From Dendrobates tinctorius (lineage: Eukaryota), in assembly GCF_039654945.1 (NCBI RefSeq), contig NW_027361678.1, positions 5,704,001-5,768,000 of the forward strand: a stretch of DNA of 64,000 nucleotides, in the 5' to 3' direction. Positions 38,096 to 50,200 of the stretch are shown piece by piece. Under the pieces are notes generated by a model. The model saw only the letters and a program-made list of their open reading frames with translations. It made no database searches and was not told where the DNA came from. Positions within the stretch are counted from its first letter, which is position 1, and the number at the start of each line of letters is the position of its first letter. The position numbers were made by a program, and so were the translations under genes.

Positions 38096-39685
38096 TAAAA
38101 ACCACTGCTTGATGGTGGCAGAGCAATTTGGCGGTAGTGTGCACAGGGTTAGAAGTCACCCAAGTGCACCAGCAATCTCTGTTGAACTCACAGAGCTGAA
38201 AACACAAAAGGAAAATACAATAACGCTGAGCCTGTTACAGACACAGGGACTCAGCGACAGACAAGCGGTAACAGGTCACAGGAGTGCCCTAGCTGGCGGC
38301 ACTACTTCTGACTAGACCTACCGTAGTTGTGTCTGTACATAACGTTGCAACTGCGATCGCACAATACAGCTGCTATAGCAGCGCGGCATGTAGGGTGCCG
38401 CAGCGTAACACCGTAATAACGCAGGCGCAATGTTAGATGCTAACAGGTGTGCCTGTGGAGCAACAGCGCGCTGGCACTGGCGCTGGTACTGGTTAAACTC
38501 AATCCCTCACACAATCGTAATATCAAAGGAATGGGGTTTCAAATGAGTCATTCATCAGAACATGCATCCATCAACATACACACAGCAGCAAGTATGACTA
38601 TACTAGTGCATGGCGGAACCACCATGCGCGCTTTTTATAGCAAACGGGACCTTCCGGAAGTCTCCAGAACTCTGAGCTGGACCAATGGAATTAGGAGCAG
38701 GACACCTGAGCACCTGACTCCCAAACACCAATGTGAGATCGTCCCACGAGCATGCTCAGAAGACGGAAAGGACTTAGCCTCTGGAGAGAGTTGCTGCAAA
38801 GCACTCTCCTCTGCAGTCTCTTCTGTAGTAGAAAATGAGCAGGAGACTGCAGAATGTGAGGGTCTAGATTCCTGCATAGTAGGGGCAGAAATCTGACTCC
38901 TAACATTAGCCCCCCTCCTAGGGCCCCCTCCTCCCTGACCCTTCCGACCCACCAACCTATGCCTAACTGTGGCATATGCCTCAGACTCGTCCGAAGGCGA
39001 GCCTGGAGTCCTGGTAGGTGACACAGTAAATCGGGACACACGGAAGGCATCAGAGGAGGGAAGATCGCCAGGTTTCAGAAGGGACACCCGGGAGACGATG
39101 GGAGCGGAAGTTAAAGTGGAACGCGGCCGTGTCTCAGCTGCCGTCGCCACACTCCATCTGGGAAGGCTATCCCGAGCACATGAAGTGCATGCCCGAATAC
39201 ATTTTTTGATGTCCCGAGCCCTGTGCGGCCACCAATACGACCCAGCCAGAAGTTTTGTGGTCAGCATGTAGCCACGGTGGCCGTCTGCACCGGACGCATG
39301 TGCTCAGGCGAGAATCTTGGGCCTAAGATGAGGAGGAACAAAGGTCTCACCGACCGACGCAGGCTCTGACCATTGCGGAACGCTGTCATCCTGAAAGGCC
39401 GCGTGTAGACGGTGACAACCGCAAATGGAATCTTGCGCCGGGCGTGTCTCAAAAATCACGCGAGACACCTCCGTGTGCTCAGGGGATGAAACCTCTGGCT
39501 CGGGCAGCTCGAGAGGCTCGAAAAAATTGGGACCCGGAGTAACTCTCCGTTTAGAGTGAAGCACGCTCCATACCGCGCGCCGAAAAATGGAGGTCAATAC
39601 GGGTGGAAATAGAAATTAACTCTTCCAAACTGGTAGGAATCTCTCTAGTAGAGAGAGCATCCTTTACGTGCTCGGCTAAACCTCT

Positions 39686-40240
39686 TCAAAAAACAGGGAT
39701 AAGTGCCCTATCGGACCACTCCAGCTCGCACGCCAGTGTCTGAAAACGGACGGCGTACTGGCTAACCGAGAGGGATCCCTGAGTCAGAGCAAGCAGCTGC
39801 AGAGAGGTGTCGTGAGTGACCCGTGGACCGAGGAAAACCTGCTTGATGGCTGTTAGCAGGTGAGCTGCGGTCCGAATCTCGGGGTCACCATGCTCCCATA
39901 AAGGTGTAGCCCATTCCAACGCCTTGCCCGACAGTAGGGAAACAATAAATGCCACCTTGGCCCTTTCCGTAGGGAACTGCTCAGCCAGCAGCTCCAACTG
40001 GATAGAACACTGGCTTATGAAACCCCTACAGGAGGCGCCATCACCAAAAAATTTATCGGGCAATGGGAGGCGGGTAACTGTCGGTGCGGCGGAGGACATG
40101 GACATGCGACCAACCGCATCTGTAAGTGCCTTTAGAGCAGCTTCAGTGGACTGCGCAGCAGAGAGAGCTCTCTCAAGAGTGGCCATGCGGCCGTCTAGCT
40201 GGCGAATGCACTGTAGGAGTTGCTGCTGTTCTGCCATCAC
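39686..40240 (-). CDS. gag: gag-like ORF (PEG10/RTL1-type capsid N-terminal part), 184 aa
   Basis: RLPLPDKFFGDGASCRGFISQC, KVAFIVSLLSGKALEWATPLW, LTQGSLSVSQYAVRF; starts right after the PBS. Confidence 0.85.
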   Translation of the reverse strand: MMAEQQQLLQCIRQLDGRMATLERALSAAQSTEAALKALTDAVGRMSMSSAAPTVTRLPLPDKFFGDGASCRGFISQCSIQLELLAEQFPTERAKVAFIVSLLSGKALEWATPLWEHGDPEIRTAAHLLTAIKQVFLGPRVTHDTSLQLLALTQGSLSVSQYAVRFQTLACELEWSDRALIPVF

Positions 40241-41725
40241 TAGCCAGACCCTGGCGCTAGTATAATGTTAGGAGTGGCGGAATCCACTAAATAAAAAATA
40301 TAAATAAAGTGCATTCGCCACTCGGGGTCCACCGTGCAGTAGGTGTTAAAACCGCTGCTAGATGGTGGCAGAGCAATCTGGCGGTAGTGTGCACAGGGCT
40401 AGATATCACCCAAGTGCACCAGCAATCTCTGTTGAACTCACAGAGCTGAAAACACAAAAGGAAAATACAATAACACTGAGCCTGTTACAGACACAGGGAC
40501 TCAGCGACAGACAAGCGGTAACAGCTCACAGGAGTGCCCTAGCTGGCGGCACTACTTCTGACTAGACCTACCGTAGTTGTGTCTGTACATAGCGTTGCAA
40601 CTGCGAACGCACAATACAGCTGCTAGAGCAGCGCGGCATGTAGGGTGCTGCAGAGTAACACCACAATAACGCAGGCGCGATGTTAGATGCTAGCAGGTGT
40701 GCCTGTGGAGCAATAGCGCACTGGTACTGGTTAAACTTAATCCCTCACACAATCGTAATATCAAAGGAATGGGGTTTCAAATGAGTCATTCACCAGAACA
40801 TACACACAGCAGCAAGTATGACTATACTAGTGCATGGCGGAACCGCCATGCATGCTTTTTATAGCAAACAGGACCTTCCGGAAGTCTCCAGAACTCTGAG
40901 CTGGACCAATGGAATTAGGAGCAGGACCTGAGCACCTGACTCCCAAATACCAATGTGAGATCGTTCCAGGAGCATGCTCAGAAGATGGAAATAAGGACTT
41001 AGCCTCTGAAGAGAGTTGCTGCAAAGCAATCTCCTCTGCAGTCTCTTCTGTAGTAGAAAATGAGCAGGAGACTGCAGAATGTGAGGGTCTAGATTCCTGC
41101 CTAGTAGGGGCAGAAATCTGACTCATAACATTATATAGACAGGTGTGTGCCTTTCCAAATCAAGTCCTATCAGTTTAATTAAACACAGCTGGACTCCAAT
41201 GAAGGAGTAAAATCATCTCAAGGAGGATCACAAAGAAATGAACAGCATGTGAACTAAATAGGAGTGTCTGAGCAAAGGGTCTGAATACTTATGACCATGT
41301 GATATTTCGATTTTTCTTTTTTAATAAATGTGCAAATAATAAATAAATGCAGTATTGGAGCTGTGATGATAGACAAAAGAAAATTAAGACAGCAGTACTC
41401 TGGATGCACACATCCAGCATGCATTTCTGGGAGAGATGGTCCCACCAGACAAAAGTTTGAAACTTTGCAAACTACGTGTTTGGGGACCTGAAAATCAATA
41501 AAGGAGTAAAGATTGCAGACTGAAACTTTGTTCAGTTTTATTAATCAAAGGTGACCACAAGCAGATGTAAAAAAAAAACCAGGTTCTATTATTTGCATAT
41601 TATATGCTGAACTCATGAAGTATTTGTGTGTTCTGTGTTGAATTCCTCAATCTTTAGTCAATATCTGCAAATGAAAGACCTGGAGATGGGAATGGGGGTC
41701 TGTATTGCCAAGTTTTCAACACTAG

Positions 41726-41924
41726 GGGCAGAGACACACTGGCGTATTTTTCGTCCAGAGAATCGCATGGTAAAACTCGCACTGGCTGTCTGCTCTCCTG
41801 ACCTGAGCTTGACAGTTGCATAGTAATCCTTCACGCTGTCATGCTCAGGTCAGGAGAGGTGTCGGCCAGTCCGTTCAGTGCGATGCGATTATCGCAGGAG
41901 AAATTCGGCAGTGTGACTCCAGCC
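41726..41924. mobile_element. PIF/Harbinger-type MITE
   Basis: TIRs GGGCAGAGACACACTG / CAGTGTGACTCCAGCC, flanked by TAG/TAA; internal inverted repeats. Confidence 0.7.
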
Positions 41925-42586
41925 TAAGGTTCAGATACGGCTTTAAAGAAGGCTACTACTTGCAATATAACGTAATTTTATTTCAAAGTACAAAATTAAA
42001 GGAATAGTATGATTGCGTACACTTTTGTATATTTTAACATACAAAGGTTAAGTACATATAAAGATTAAATACATGTAATGATTAAGTACATATAAAGATT
42101 AACTACATATACTCACATCATCACCAAAGGCTTTTAAACATCATCCGTCTGGAATATCAGAGAAGTGACACCAAGACAGAGAACCCCTGGGAAATTGAAG
42201 ACACTGCATGGGCGTCCCCACTTATGCAGGTATCACAACATTGTACACGTGTACAAGATACCCAAGTTTCTGCTTCTATCCAAGTCATGTTTCTCTGGCC
42301 TTTTATAGTGATTTACACTGTTTAATTCTGGTTTCGCCTTACCCCTCCAGTGGCCAGCTTTCAAGATAAGATGAAACAGAGATACCAGTCAACATCAGAC
42401 GATGGGCCATAAATCCTTAGAATATAAAAGCCCACAAGGGTTAGATAAAACCACCACAGACTGAGGTTAAATAAACCATATTTTATAAAAAAAACTAACA
42501 GAGAAACATAAAGCTATTTGTGAGTTGAAAGCTTTCAGACAATAAGTAAATATTTCTCAACAGTGTGTCACAATGAGCATTGTCTG

Positions 42587-43225
42587 TGTCACGGGTCAGT
42601 ATGGGGAAAACAGGAGACGTGGAACTTGGGCCCCTGAACTGCCCCTCAGGCTAAGGGGGTGCCCTGACTCTCCTTAACTTGGGGGTACACTTGACGGTAG
42701 TGAGGCCCAAGTCCCCGACCTGTCCCTATCTCCTGTTTAGCCCTGAGCTAAACTCTAAACCCCCTCCCCAGGAGGTGAGACAGGCAATAAAGTGAACTGC
42801 ACCAATAACACGAAAGGGAAGATAAAACAGACACCACGGGGTTAAAACAAAACTTAGCTTTATCTGCTGCCAATGCTCCCAGCAGCAGAGTAAGGCACCC
42901 GATCAGCATCCAGCAGCAACACCACTGCTCCAGATAAGCTGAACCCCCTCTGCACCAGGTAGATCCAGTCTTCACCAAGGTTGGTTAGCAAATGACCAGT
43001 ATTACCAACAGTGATCTTCAGCACCAGGTGGCCTTATAAAGGGAAGAGGGAGTGGCACCCACCAGCAGCCACCGGGGGGAAAAACCCATCAGCAGACCAA
43101 GTACAGTTGTAGTAACACCAGCAGCCACCGGGGGCAAAACTGACATTAACCCCCGATGGCCTGAAAGAGAAAAAGTTTATAAAAGAGAATCCAGAATCTG
43201 ACAGATCCAAAAATGGATCGTGACA
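42587..43225 (-). repeat. Solo LTR related to the LTR at 3358-4143
   Basis: TGTCACG...CGTGACA termini, perfect 5-bp TSD GTCTG. Confidence 0.9.
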
Positions 43226-43778
43226 GTCTGTCTGTAAATGTATGACCAACAATGTTGCTCTGTAATGGTCAGAATGCATTCAGTATGGACTTAAAATATA
43301 AATTTTTATATTCACACTACAGGGTCCAGCTGCATCTACTAGCTGGTTATTGATAGGATGTTTCCTTGCTATCAACTACTCGTCAATGAACACAATACAC
43401 AAGTTAGAAAACGGTTTTCTTTTTAGCTCCATGGTTTGTATGTGGGGTTAGATATTTTAGAAGATCTGTATTTCCTCTGAGGAACATTGTTGGTTTGTGA
43501 GATCATTGCGGAATAGGTGGGAATGGATGACCAGACCAGAGTGACGCTGAGGACATAACATTACTTTACACATCCTGCTCTGTCTGTTACCCTTTTCAAA
43601 GAAATGATACATTCTGCCATTACATAGAGAGGGAATTCTGTGCTGACAGGTTTTTTTTGCCACTTGCCAAGTTGCCATTAATATGTAACACTATTTTACA
43701 TGGTGTAAGTGCCTCTGCCTCTCTGTATGGCAATGTTATTTTTGTTCCTGCACCTCTCCTTTCCTAATGTATAAACAC

Positions 43779-44119
43779 TAGTGATGAGCGAACATGCTCG
43801 GATAAGGTGTTATCGGAGCATGCTCGGGTGCTAACTGGGTGTCTTCTGTGTGGTCGAATATGTCCGAGTTCCCGCACCTGCATGTCTCGCGGCTGTTAGA
43901 CGCAACACATGCACGGATTGCCTAACAAACAGGCGATACCTAAATGTGTTGAAGCCGTCAAACAAACAGGCGGATCCCTGCATGTGTTGCAGCTGTCTAA
44001 CAGCTAGGAGACATGCAGGCGAGGGGACATGAACATTTTTTCAAGCACGCTGAAGACACTCTGTGAACACCCGAGCATGCTTAGATAACACCTTATCTGA
44101 GCACGTTCGCTCATCACTA
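43779..44119. mobile_element. Palindromic hAT MITE
   Basis: TIRs TAGTGATGAGCGAAC / GTTCGCTCATCACTA with long mirrored arms; TSD degenerate. Confidence 0.8.
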
Positions 44120-44140
44120 ATATCTTCCTCTTCCTCGTAT

Positions 44141-44222
44141 TTAAAGGGAACCTGCCATGTTGAAAGTAAAATCTGATCTACAGGCCGGATGTTATAGAGG
44201 AGGAAGTGATTAGATTGATATA
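44141..44222. mobile_element. T2/Kolobok-type MITE left end, interrupted by a Tc1 at a TA
   Basis: TTAA|AGGGAACCTG terminus; similar ends (CAGGTTCCCTTTAA) at ~21462-21537. Confidence 0.55.
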
Positions 44223-45260
44223 CAGTACTGTGCAAAAAATTTAGGCAGATGTAGAAAAAAATTCTGCAAGATAAGAATGCTTTCATAAATAGAAGTGACA
44301 ATAGTTCATTATCAATTAACAAATTGCAAAGTGAATGAACAAAAGAGAAATGTAATTCACATCAGTATTTGGAGTGGCCACCCTCTATCTTCAAAACAAC
44401 ATCAGTTCTTCTAGGTACTTGCACACACTTTTTGAAGGAACTCAGCACCGAGGTTGCTCCAAACATTTTGAAGAACTAACCCCTGATTTTCTGTGGATGT
44501 CACTTCTTTCTATTTATGTAATCCCAGACAAAATGGATGATGTGAGATCAGGGCTCTGTGAGACCGTACCATCCCTTCCAGGACATCCTTGTTCTTCTTT
44601 GCATTGAAGATTTTTACTTTTTAATTAATTAATAGTTCTTAATGACATGGCTGTATGTTTAGGGTCGTTGTCCTGCTGCAGAATAAATTTGGAGCCAGTC
44701 ACATGCCTCCCTGATTGCATTACATGATGGATAAGTATCTGACTGTATTTCTCATCATTGCAGACACCATTAATCCTGACCTAATACTCAACTGCATTTT
44801 GGTCAAATTCAAATACTGCCCCAAATTTGCAAGGACCCTCCAGTATGCTTCATTGTTGCCTTTCATTATCGTGCCTTCTTCCCAGCCGTTCGGCGAACTA
44901 TCTGCATTTTGTTACAGCCAAATATTTCCAATTTCGACTTTTCATTCCCGAGCCCCTGCTGCCATTCTTCTGCACCCCAGTTACCATGATTTCATGCATA
45001 GTTGAGTCACTTGGCCTTGTTTCGATGTAGAAGGTATGGCATTTGGCCTCAATTCTTCCATGAAAACCACTTCTGGCCAGATTTCACTTAACAGTAGACA
45101 GGTGTAGTTGAGTGCCTCTGGTGTCTGCCAGTTCTTAGCTGATGGCACTGCTGCACATCTTCCAATTAAAAAGGGAAATAACATGTTGTGTCTTTCATCT
45201 GATGTACTGAGTTTCCTTTGTTGACCACTGAATCTAGGATCCTCAATGTTGCCTATTTCT
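44223..45260 (-). mobile_element. Decayed Tc1 fragment
   Basis: TA|CAGTACTGTGCAAAA end; QQDNDPKH-like codons at ~44660; truncated by the BEL LTR. Confidence 0.7.
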
Positions 45261-45271
45261 TGTTGTCCTCC

Positions 45272-47272
45272 TGTTGTCCTCCTGTGGTGAGAAAAAGAGG
45301 CAGATACTTATCCATCATACAATACCATCAGTTAGGTGTCTGATTGGCTCCAAATTCTGCAGCAGGACAGTGACTATTCTGCATCCAAGGCTAAACTGCA
45401 AGTGTTGGGTGCTTAGCCTGCCTTTCTATGGCATCTGTTTCCATTACTCACATTTAGTGATGTCCGCACATAGGAAAACTCGACTGGAAAGGAGAACGTT
45501 TCAAGAGTCCAGTAGAAGGTTTATTTTCAGCTGAATTCTTGTATAATGCACATTTACAGTAGGTAAAAAGAAACTTTCCTTATACAGAACTGTATGACAC
45601 TTGTCTCCAAGATGGCGATAGACTCAAACATGGGGAAGAAAGGAGGGGTTACAGAAATCAGAGTCACATGCAGGGGGAGGAGACAACCTCTAAAAGGGAC
45701 AGATCTATACACAGCAATGACAGCAACAATATAATAAAATGCAATACTGTCTGTATAATTCTAAATCATGGGACATGACACTCCCCGTCTGAAATCTTTA
45801 GATTTCACGATGATCCAACTTGACACGAAGTGTTACGATGATGTTCAACGACATCCTAGGAACCTGGAAGACAAAAAAGAAAACACAACATGCAAAAATA
45901 AACTGTAACAGTTGTAAGTCCAATTCTTGGTTGATGACGTGAAGTCCACAACGGTTGTTTAGTCCAAGTCCATAGGAGAACCTATTTTCAGATTGGGGAA
46001 GCCGCAACATGCAAACACTTCTACCAACCCAAACAATCCAAAGATGAAAGTTCAAGTTCTTTACAGCTAAGGGTGTATGACGGTATGCTGTCCGTCGTGA
46101 GCTGTGTCCAGTAGAAATATCTTGCATGTCCTCCTTTGGTAGAAGCAGTACAAGTTTGGTTACTGGGCGAAGGAAAACTCGTGATGAACCACCTTTAGTT
46201 ACCTAGACTTCCACCTTCCGAGTCTTTCCATCATCACTGGGCATAGCCTTGGTGATAAGACCCATTGGCAAGTCATTGCAATGAGCTTCTTTGTCTTTTA
46301 GGAGGACAAGGTCTCCTTTTTGGAGGTTAGGTTTTGCAGTCTGCCATTTGTGACGGCCCTGGAGCAGATGCAGGTATTCGGTCTTCCAACGGTGCAAAAA
46401 GACATTGGACAGGTGTTGTACCTGCTTCCACTGACGTCTATACATGTCGTTATGATTGAAATTTTCTGGAGGAATTGCTGTGGCTCCAATTTTCTGTGTA
46501 AGAAGATTTGCTGGTGTAGATATCATTGGGGCGTCAGGGTCCGACGACACTGGTACCAGCGGTCAGGCATTTATTATAGCAGACACTTTTGCAATTTCTA
46601 GTGCCAGTACGGCAGCGCAAAGTTCAAGCCTTGGTACGGAATGTGCGGGTTTTGGAGTTAGTTTGGCCTTGCCCAGGATGAAGCCACAATGTACCCTGTT
46701 GCTGGATTCATAGTCTTTCAGATAGGCCACTGCAGCTATAGCCTCTGTAGATGCATCAGAGAAAATGTGGACCTCTCTTCGGTAGGCAGTTGAAAGAGAC
46801 ATTAAGAAATAAGAAATAACAACGTGGGACTTGAAGATGTTCAAAGATTTTTAAAGATTTCTTCCATGTTTCCCACCTTTGTCGTACCTGGGATGGTAGC
46901 AGAGTGTCCCAATCTGTGTTCTCAATGGTTAACTGTCTCAACAATATCTTGCCTTGGATAGTGATGGGTGCTATAAATCTGTTCACCACGGATAAGACTC
47001 ATTGGTGAAAGGCTTATCACAGGCCGATACCTGGAATGTGAAAGTGTCCTGTTTAATGTCCCACAGCAGACCAAGACTACCCTGGAATGTGAACGTGTCC
47101 TGTTTAATGTCCCACAGCAGACCAAGACTACGTTGTATGGAAAGGACATCAGAACCCAGATCAAGGTCCGTCAGGCTTGTTGCATGGTCTTCAGATAGGA
47201 ATGCTTTCATTACCTCCTGATTGTTGGAGATAATCTTGTGGAGTCTGAGGTTTGCTGCAGACAGCATTTCCT
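45272..47272 (-). mobile_element. pol: BEL/Pao 3' part: pol remnants with an internal deletion, PPT and 3' LTR (~45272-45780)
   Basis: LRLHKIISN, HIFSDAS..AAVAYL, PRLELCAA, RRQWKQVQHL..FLHRWKTEYL; PPT CAGACGGGGAG then TGTCATGTCCC. Confidence 0.88.
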
Positions 47273-47274
47273 GT

Positions 47275-50200
47275 GTTTAGTTCGAGGTCCAGGCCCCCGA
47301 CTCGCAGGTCCACTTTGATGGCAATCCGAAGTTCTGCTGAGGGTTCATCAATCAGTGCCAGCTACATTTTGAACTTCTTCCTCACCACTTCCCGTTGGAC
47401 TGAGCAAAGGTGGCATTCCTTATGTCGCACCTTGGAGGCGAGGCCTTGGTGTGGTTGAACCCATTATGGGAGAGATAGGACCCAATCATCTCCAATTTGC
47501 CTGCATTCTTGGAGGCTTTTCGCAAAGTATTCAATGAACCCAGGCGAACTACCTATTCAGTTTCCGCTCTTCTCAGTTTACGTCAGTCCAATTCATCTGT
47601 GTGGTATGTTTCCACACTCTGGCGTCTGAACTCGGATGGATTAACAAAGCTTTGGTGGCGACATTCTTGGAGGGGCTTTCTGGAGAAATTAAGGATGAGC
47701 TAGCTAGTCGAGACCTACCAACTACCCTCGACGACCTGATCTCCCTTTCAATCCGTATAGACCTTCGTTTCTGAGAGCGTGCCTGTGAGATGGCACGTGA
47801 AAGAGGATCGCGGCACCTGGCTCCGTCTTTTCAAAGACCGCTTGATCCCTCACCCTCTGCTGTCGAGGTCTCACCTGAACCCATGCAGGTCGACCGCTTT
47901 GCCCTTGCCAGTCAGCAACAGAGGGATAGCCACGCTAAAATCCAGTGCCTGTATTGTAGAGATATGGGTAACTACATTTGAACCTGTCTGGTGAAGCCGG
48001 ACAAACTCCAGCATCTAGGGTGGGTAGGAAAGGCCTCCCTAGACGGTAAAGACATCTCTCTACCCAGGACCCTTACTGTGGTCATAACAACCGGTGAATC
48101 TCAGTTTATTGAGTCTGCATACTTGGATTCCGGGGCAGCAGGAAATTTTATCCTCCAGGCTGTAGTGGATCGGTTCCAAATCCCAGTTCGTTTGCTCCAA
48201 AACCCTCTGGCAATAACATCCATAGGCTACTGAGCCGCTTTAGGTCCATATTGGGATGCTTCATACTGTGAAGATAGTCTTCTATGTTCTTTCCCACATG
48301 TCTCATACATTTCTTTTAGGCCTACCATGGCTAGGACAGCGCAAACCTGTATTGGACTGGAGAACTGGAGAGTTGCTCCGCTGGGGACATTCCTGTCATG
48401 AGAAGTGTCTGGCTCCAGTACATCCGGCTAAGGCCCCATCTTTTCCAGCATTGCTGCCCATTTTGCCGTCTGCCTATTGGTCCTTTGCAGATGTATTTGA
48501 CTTGATTCCCGGATCTTCACCCCCTCGAGGCTGAATTTACCCTCTGTCCCCAGCTGAGACTCAAGCTATGTCGGACTACATTCAAGAGAATTTGGCCAGG
48601 GGGTTCACTCAGAAGTCCTCCTTCCCTGCCGGGGCCGGGATTTTCTTTAAAAAGAAAGACGGATCACTCTCACTCGGACCCTGTATAGATTATCGGGGTC
48701 TCAACCAGATCACAGTGAAAAATAAATACCCTATCCCACTGATCCCAGAGTTACTTGACTGATTAAGAGGTGCCAGGATCTTCACTAAATTGGATTTAAG
48801 AGGTACCTACAATCTAATCCGCATTTGCCAGGGAGACAAATGAAAGACGACTTTCAACACCAGGGTCGGACATTATGAATACTGAGTGATGCCCTTCGGT
48901 CTCAGTAATGCATCTGCAGTTTATCAAGAGTTCGTCAATTATATCTTCTGGGACCTGCTTTATTCCTTTGTTGTTTTGTTTCTGGACGATATATTGATAT
49001 TTTTTTATATTTTTTCCGGATCTGGCCTCTCACAGCAGTTCGGCAAGTTCTTCAGCGTCTTAGGGAGAATTGACTCTATGCCAAGTATGAGAAGTGAGTT
49101 TTTGAACAGCCCGCCCTTCCCTTCTTGGGATATATTATCTCAGATACCAGACTCAGGATGGATCCTGAGAAAGTCTCTTCCATCCTTAAATAGCTGCTGC
49201 CCACTGGAGTCAAAGCAATACAGAGATTCCTTGGCTTTGCTAGCTATTATCGACAATTCATACCTCACTTCTCCACGCTGACCACTCTAATCTCTGCTAT
49301 AACCCGAAAAGGAGCCGATACAAGGAACTGGTCCTCCGAGGCTGAGGAAGCCTTCCTCTCTCTTAAACGGTCCTTCTCTAATGCTTCCGTTCTGCATTGT
49401 CGAGATTTGAACAAACATTTCTTCCTAGAGGTGGACGCATTCTCGTTAGAGGATGGAGCTGTGCTCATTCAGGAATCTTCTTCGGGTCGCGTGTCCTGCG
49501 GTTTCTTCTCTAAGGCCTTCTCCGCTCCAGAGCGTAACTATGTTAGTTACTCACCATTAAGATGGCTTTGAAGGAGTGGTGATACCTGCTGGAGGGCGCA
49601 GTCTATTCATTGATCATCTACACAGACCATAAGAACCTGGTGGACCTCCAGTCCGCCCAGATAATTAATCCACGCCAAGCCAGGTGGTCTTTGTTTTTTG
49701 CCCGTTTTAACTTTTTATTGCATTTCAGGTCCGGTGACAAGAATTTCAGAGTTCATGCCCTCGCTTGCTCATTTCTGTCCGGGGACAAGAGGAGGATGCT
49801 CAATTCATCATCAAACTATCCAAGATGGCTCTAGATAAGTGTAGGAGTTCACGTCCTATTGTTTATGATTTCGTGGATCGATCGGATATGAGGTCATTAG
49901 ATGAGATATTTCAGGGCGGAGTAGCACCCACAGGTGCCTGGTTCTTTTATGAACAACTAAGAAGTTTTATAACTACTATATCCAAACAAAATGATATCAG
50001 GAGACCTTTAACTCCCTTCGAGGAGCTCTGTGTCACGGGGGACCCTCCGGCCCACACGGTTTCCTTGCTGTACAATCTTTTTCAAAAAAATCAGACTCCA
50101 ACACATGACTTCACATTATTTTTCTCAAAGTGGGAGCATGACTTGTGGAGATCCCTATCTCAAGAGGAGAGGGGCAGGGTGCTTCTATTTACATTTAGAA

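Larger units (their letters stand above)
36692..41130 (-). mobile_element. Non-autonomous Gypsy (Tf1/sushi-type) provirus, family D: LTRs 40266-41130 and 36692-38905, internal part 1.36 kb
   Basis: TGTTA...TAACA LTR pair, 5-bp TSD TTATA, PPT TAGGAGGGGGGCTAA; gag ORF followed only by integrase scraps (YWWP..CTSCAR, VSLLKP). Confidence 0.92.
35420..41338 (-). mobile_element. Tc1/mariner transposon with long TIRs (right TIR truncated), interrupted by the LTR element 36692-41130
   Basis: CAGTGGGTACGGAAAGTATTCAG end; transposase remnants [24 protein letters not shown] and WPGQSPDLNSIEHLW; inner TIR mirrored at 41266-41338. Confidence 0.92.

Noticed and set aside
39686-40240. Domesticated PEG10/RTL1-like gene
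   Set aside because: Lies between paired LTRs with PBS, PPT and TSD, so it is part of a transposon
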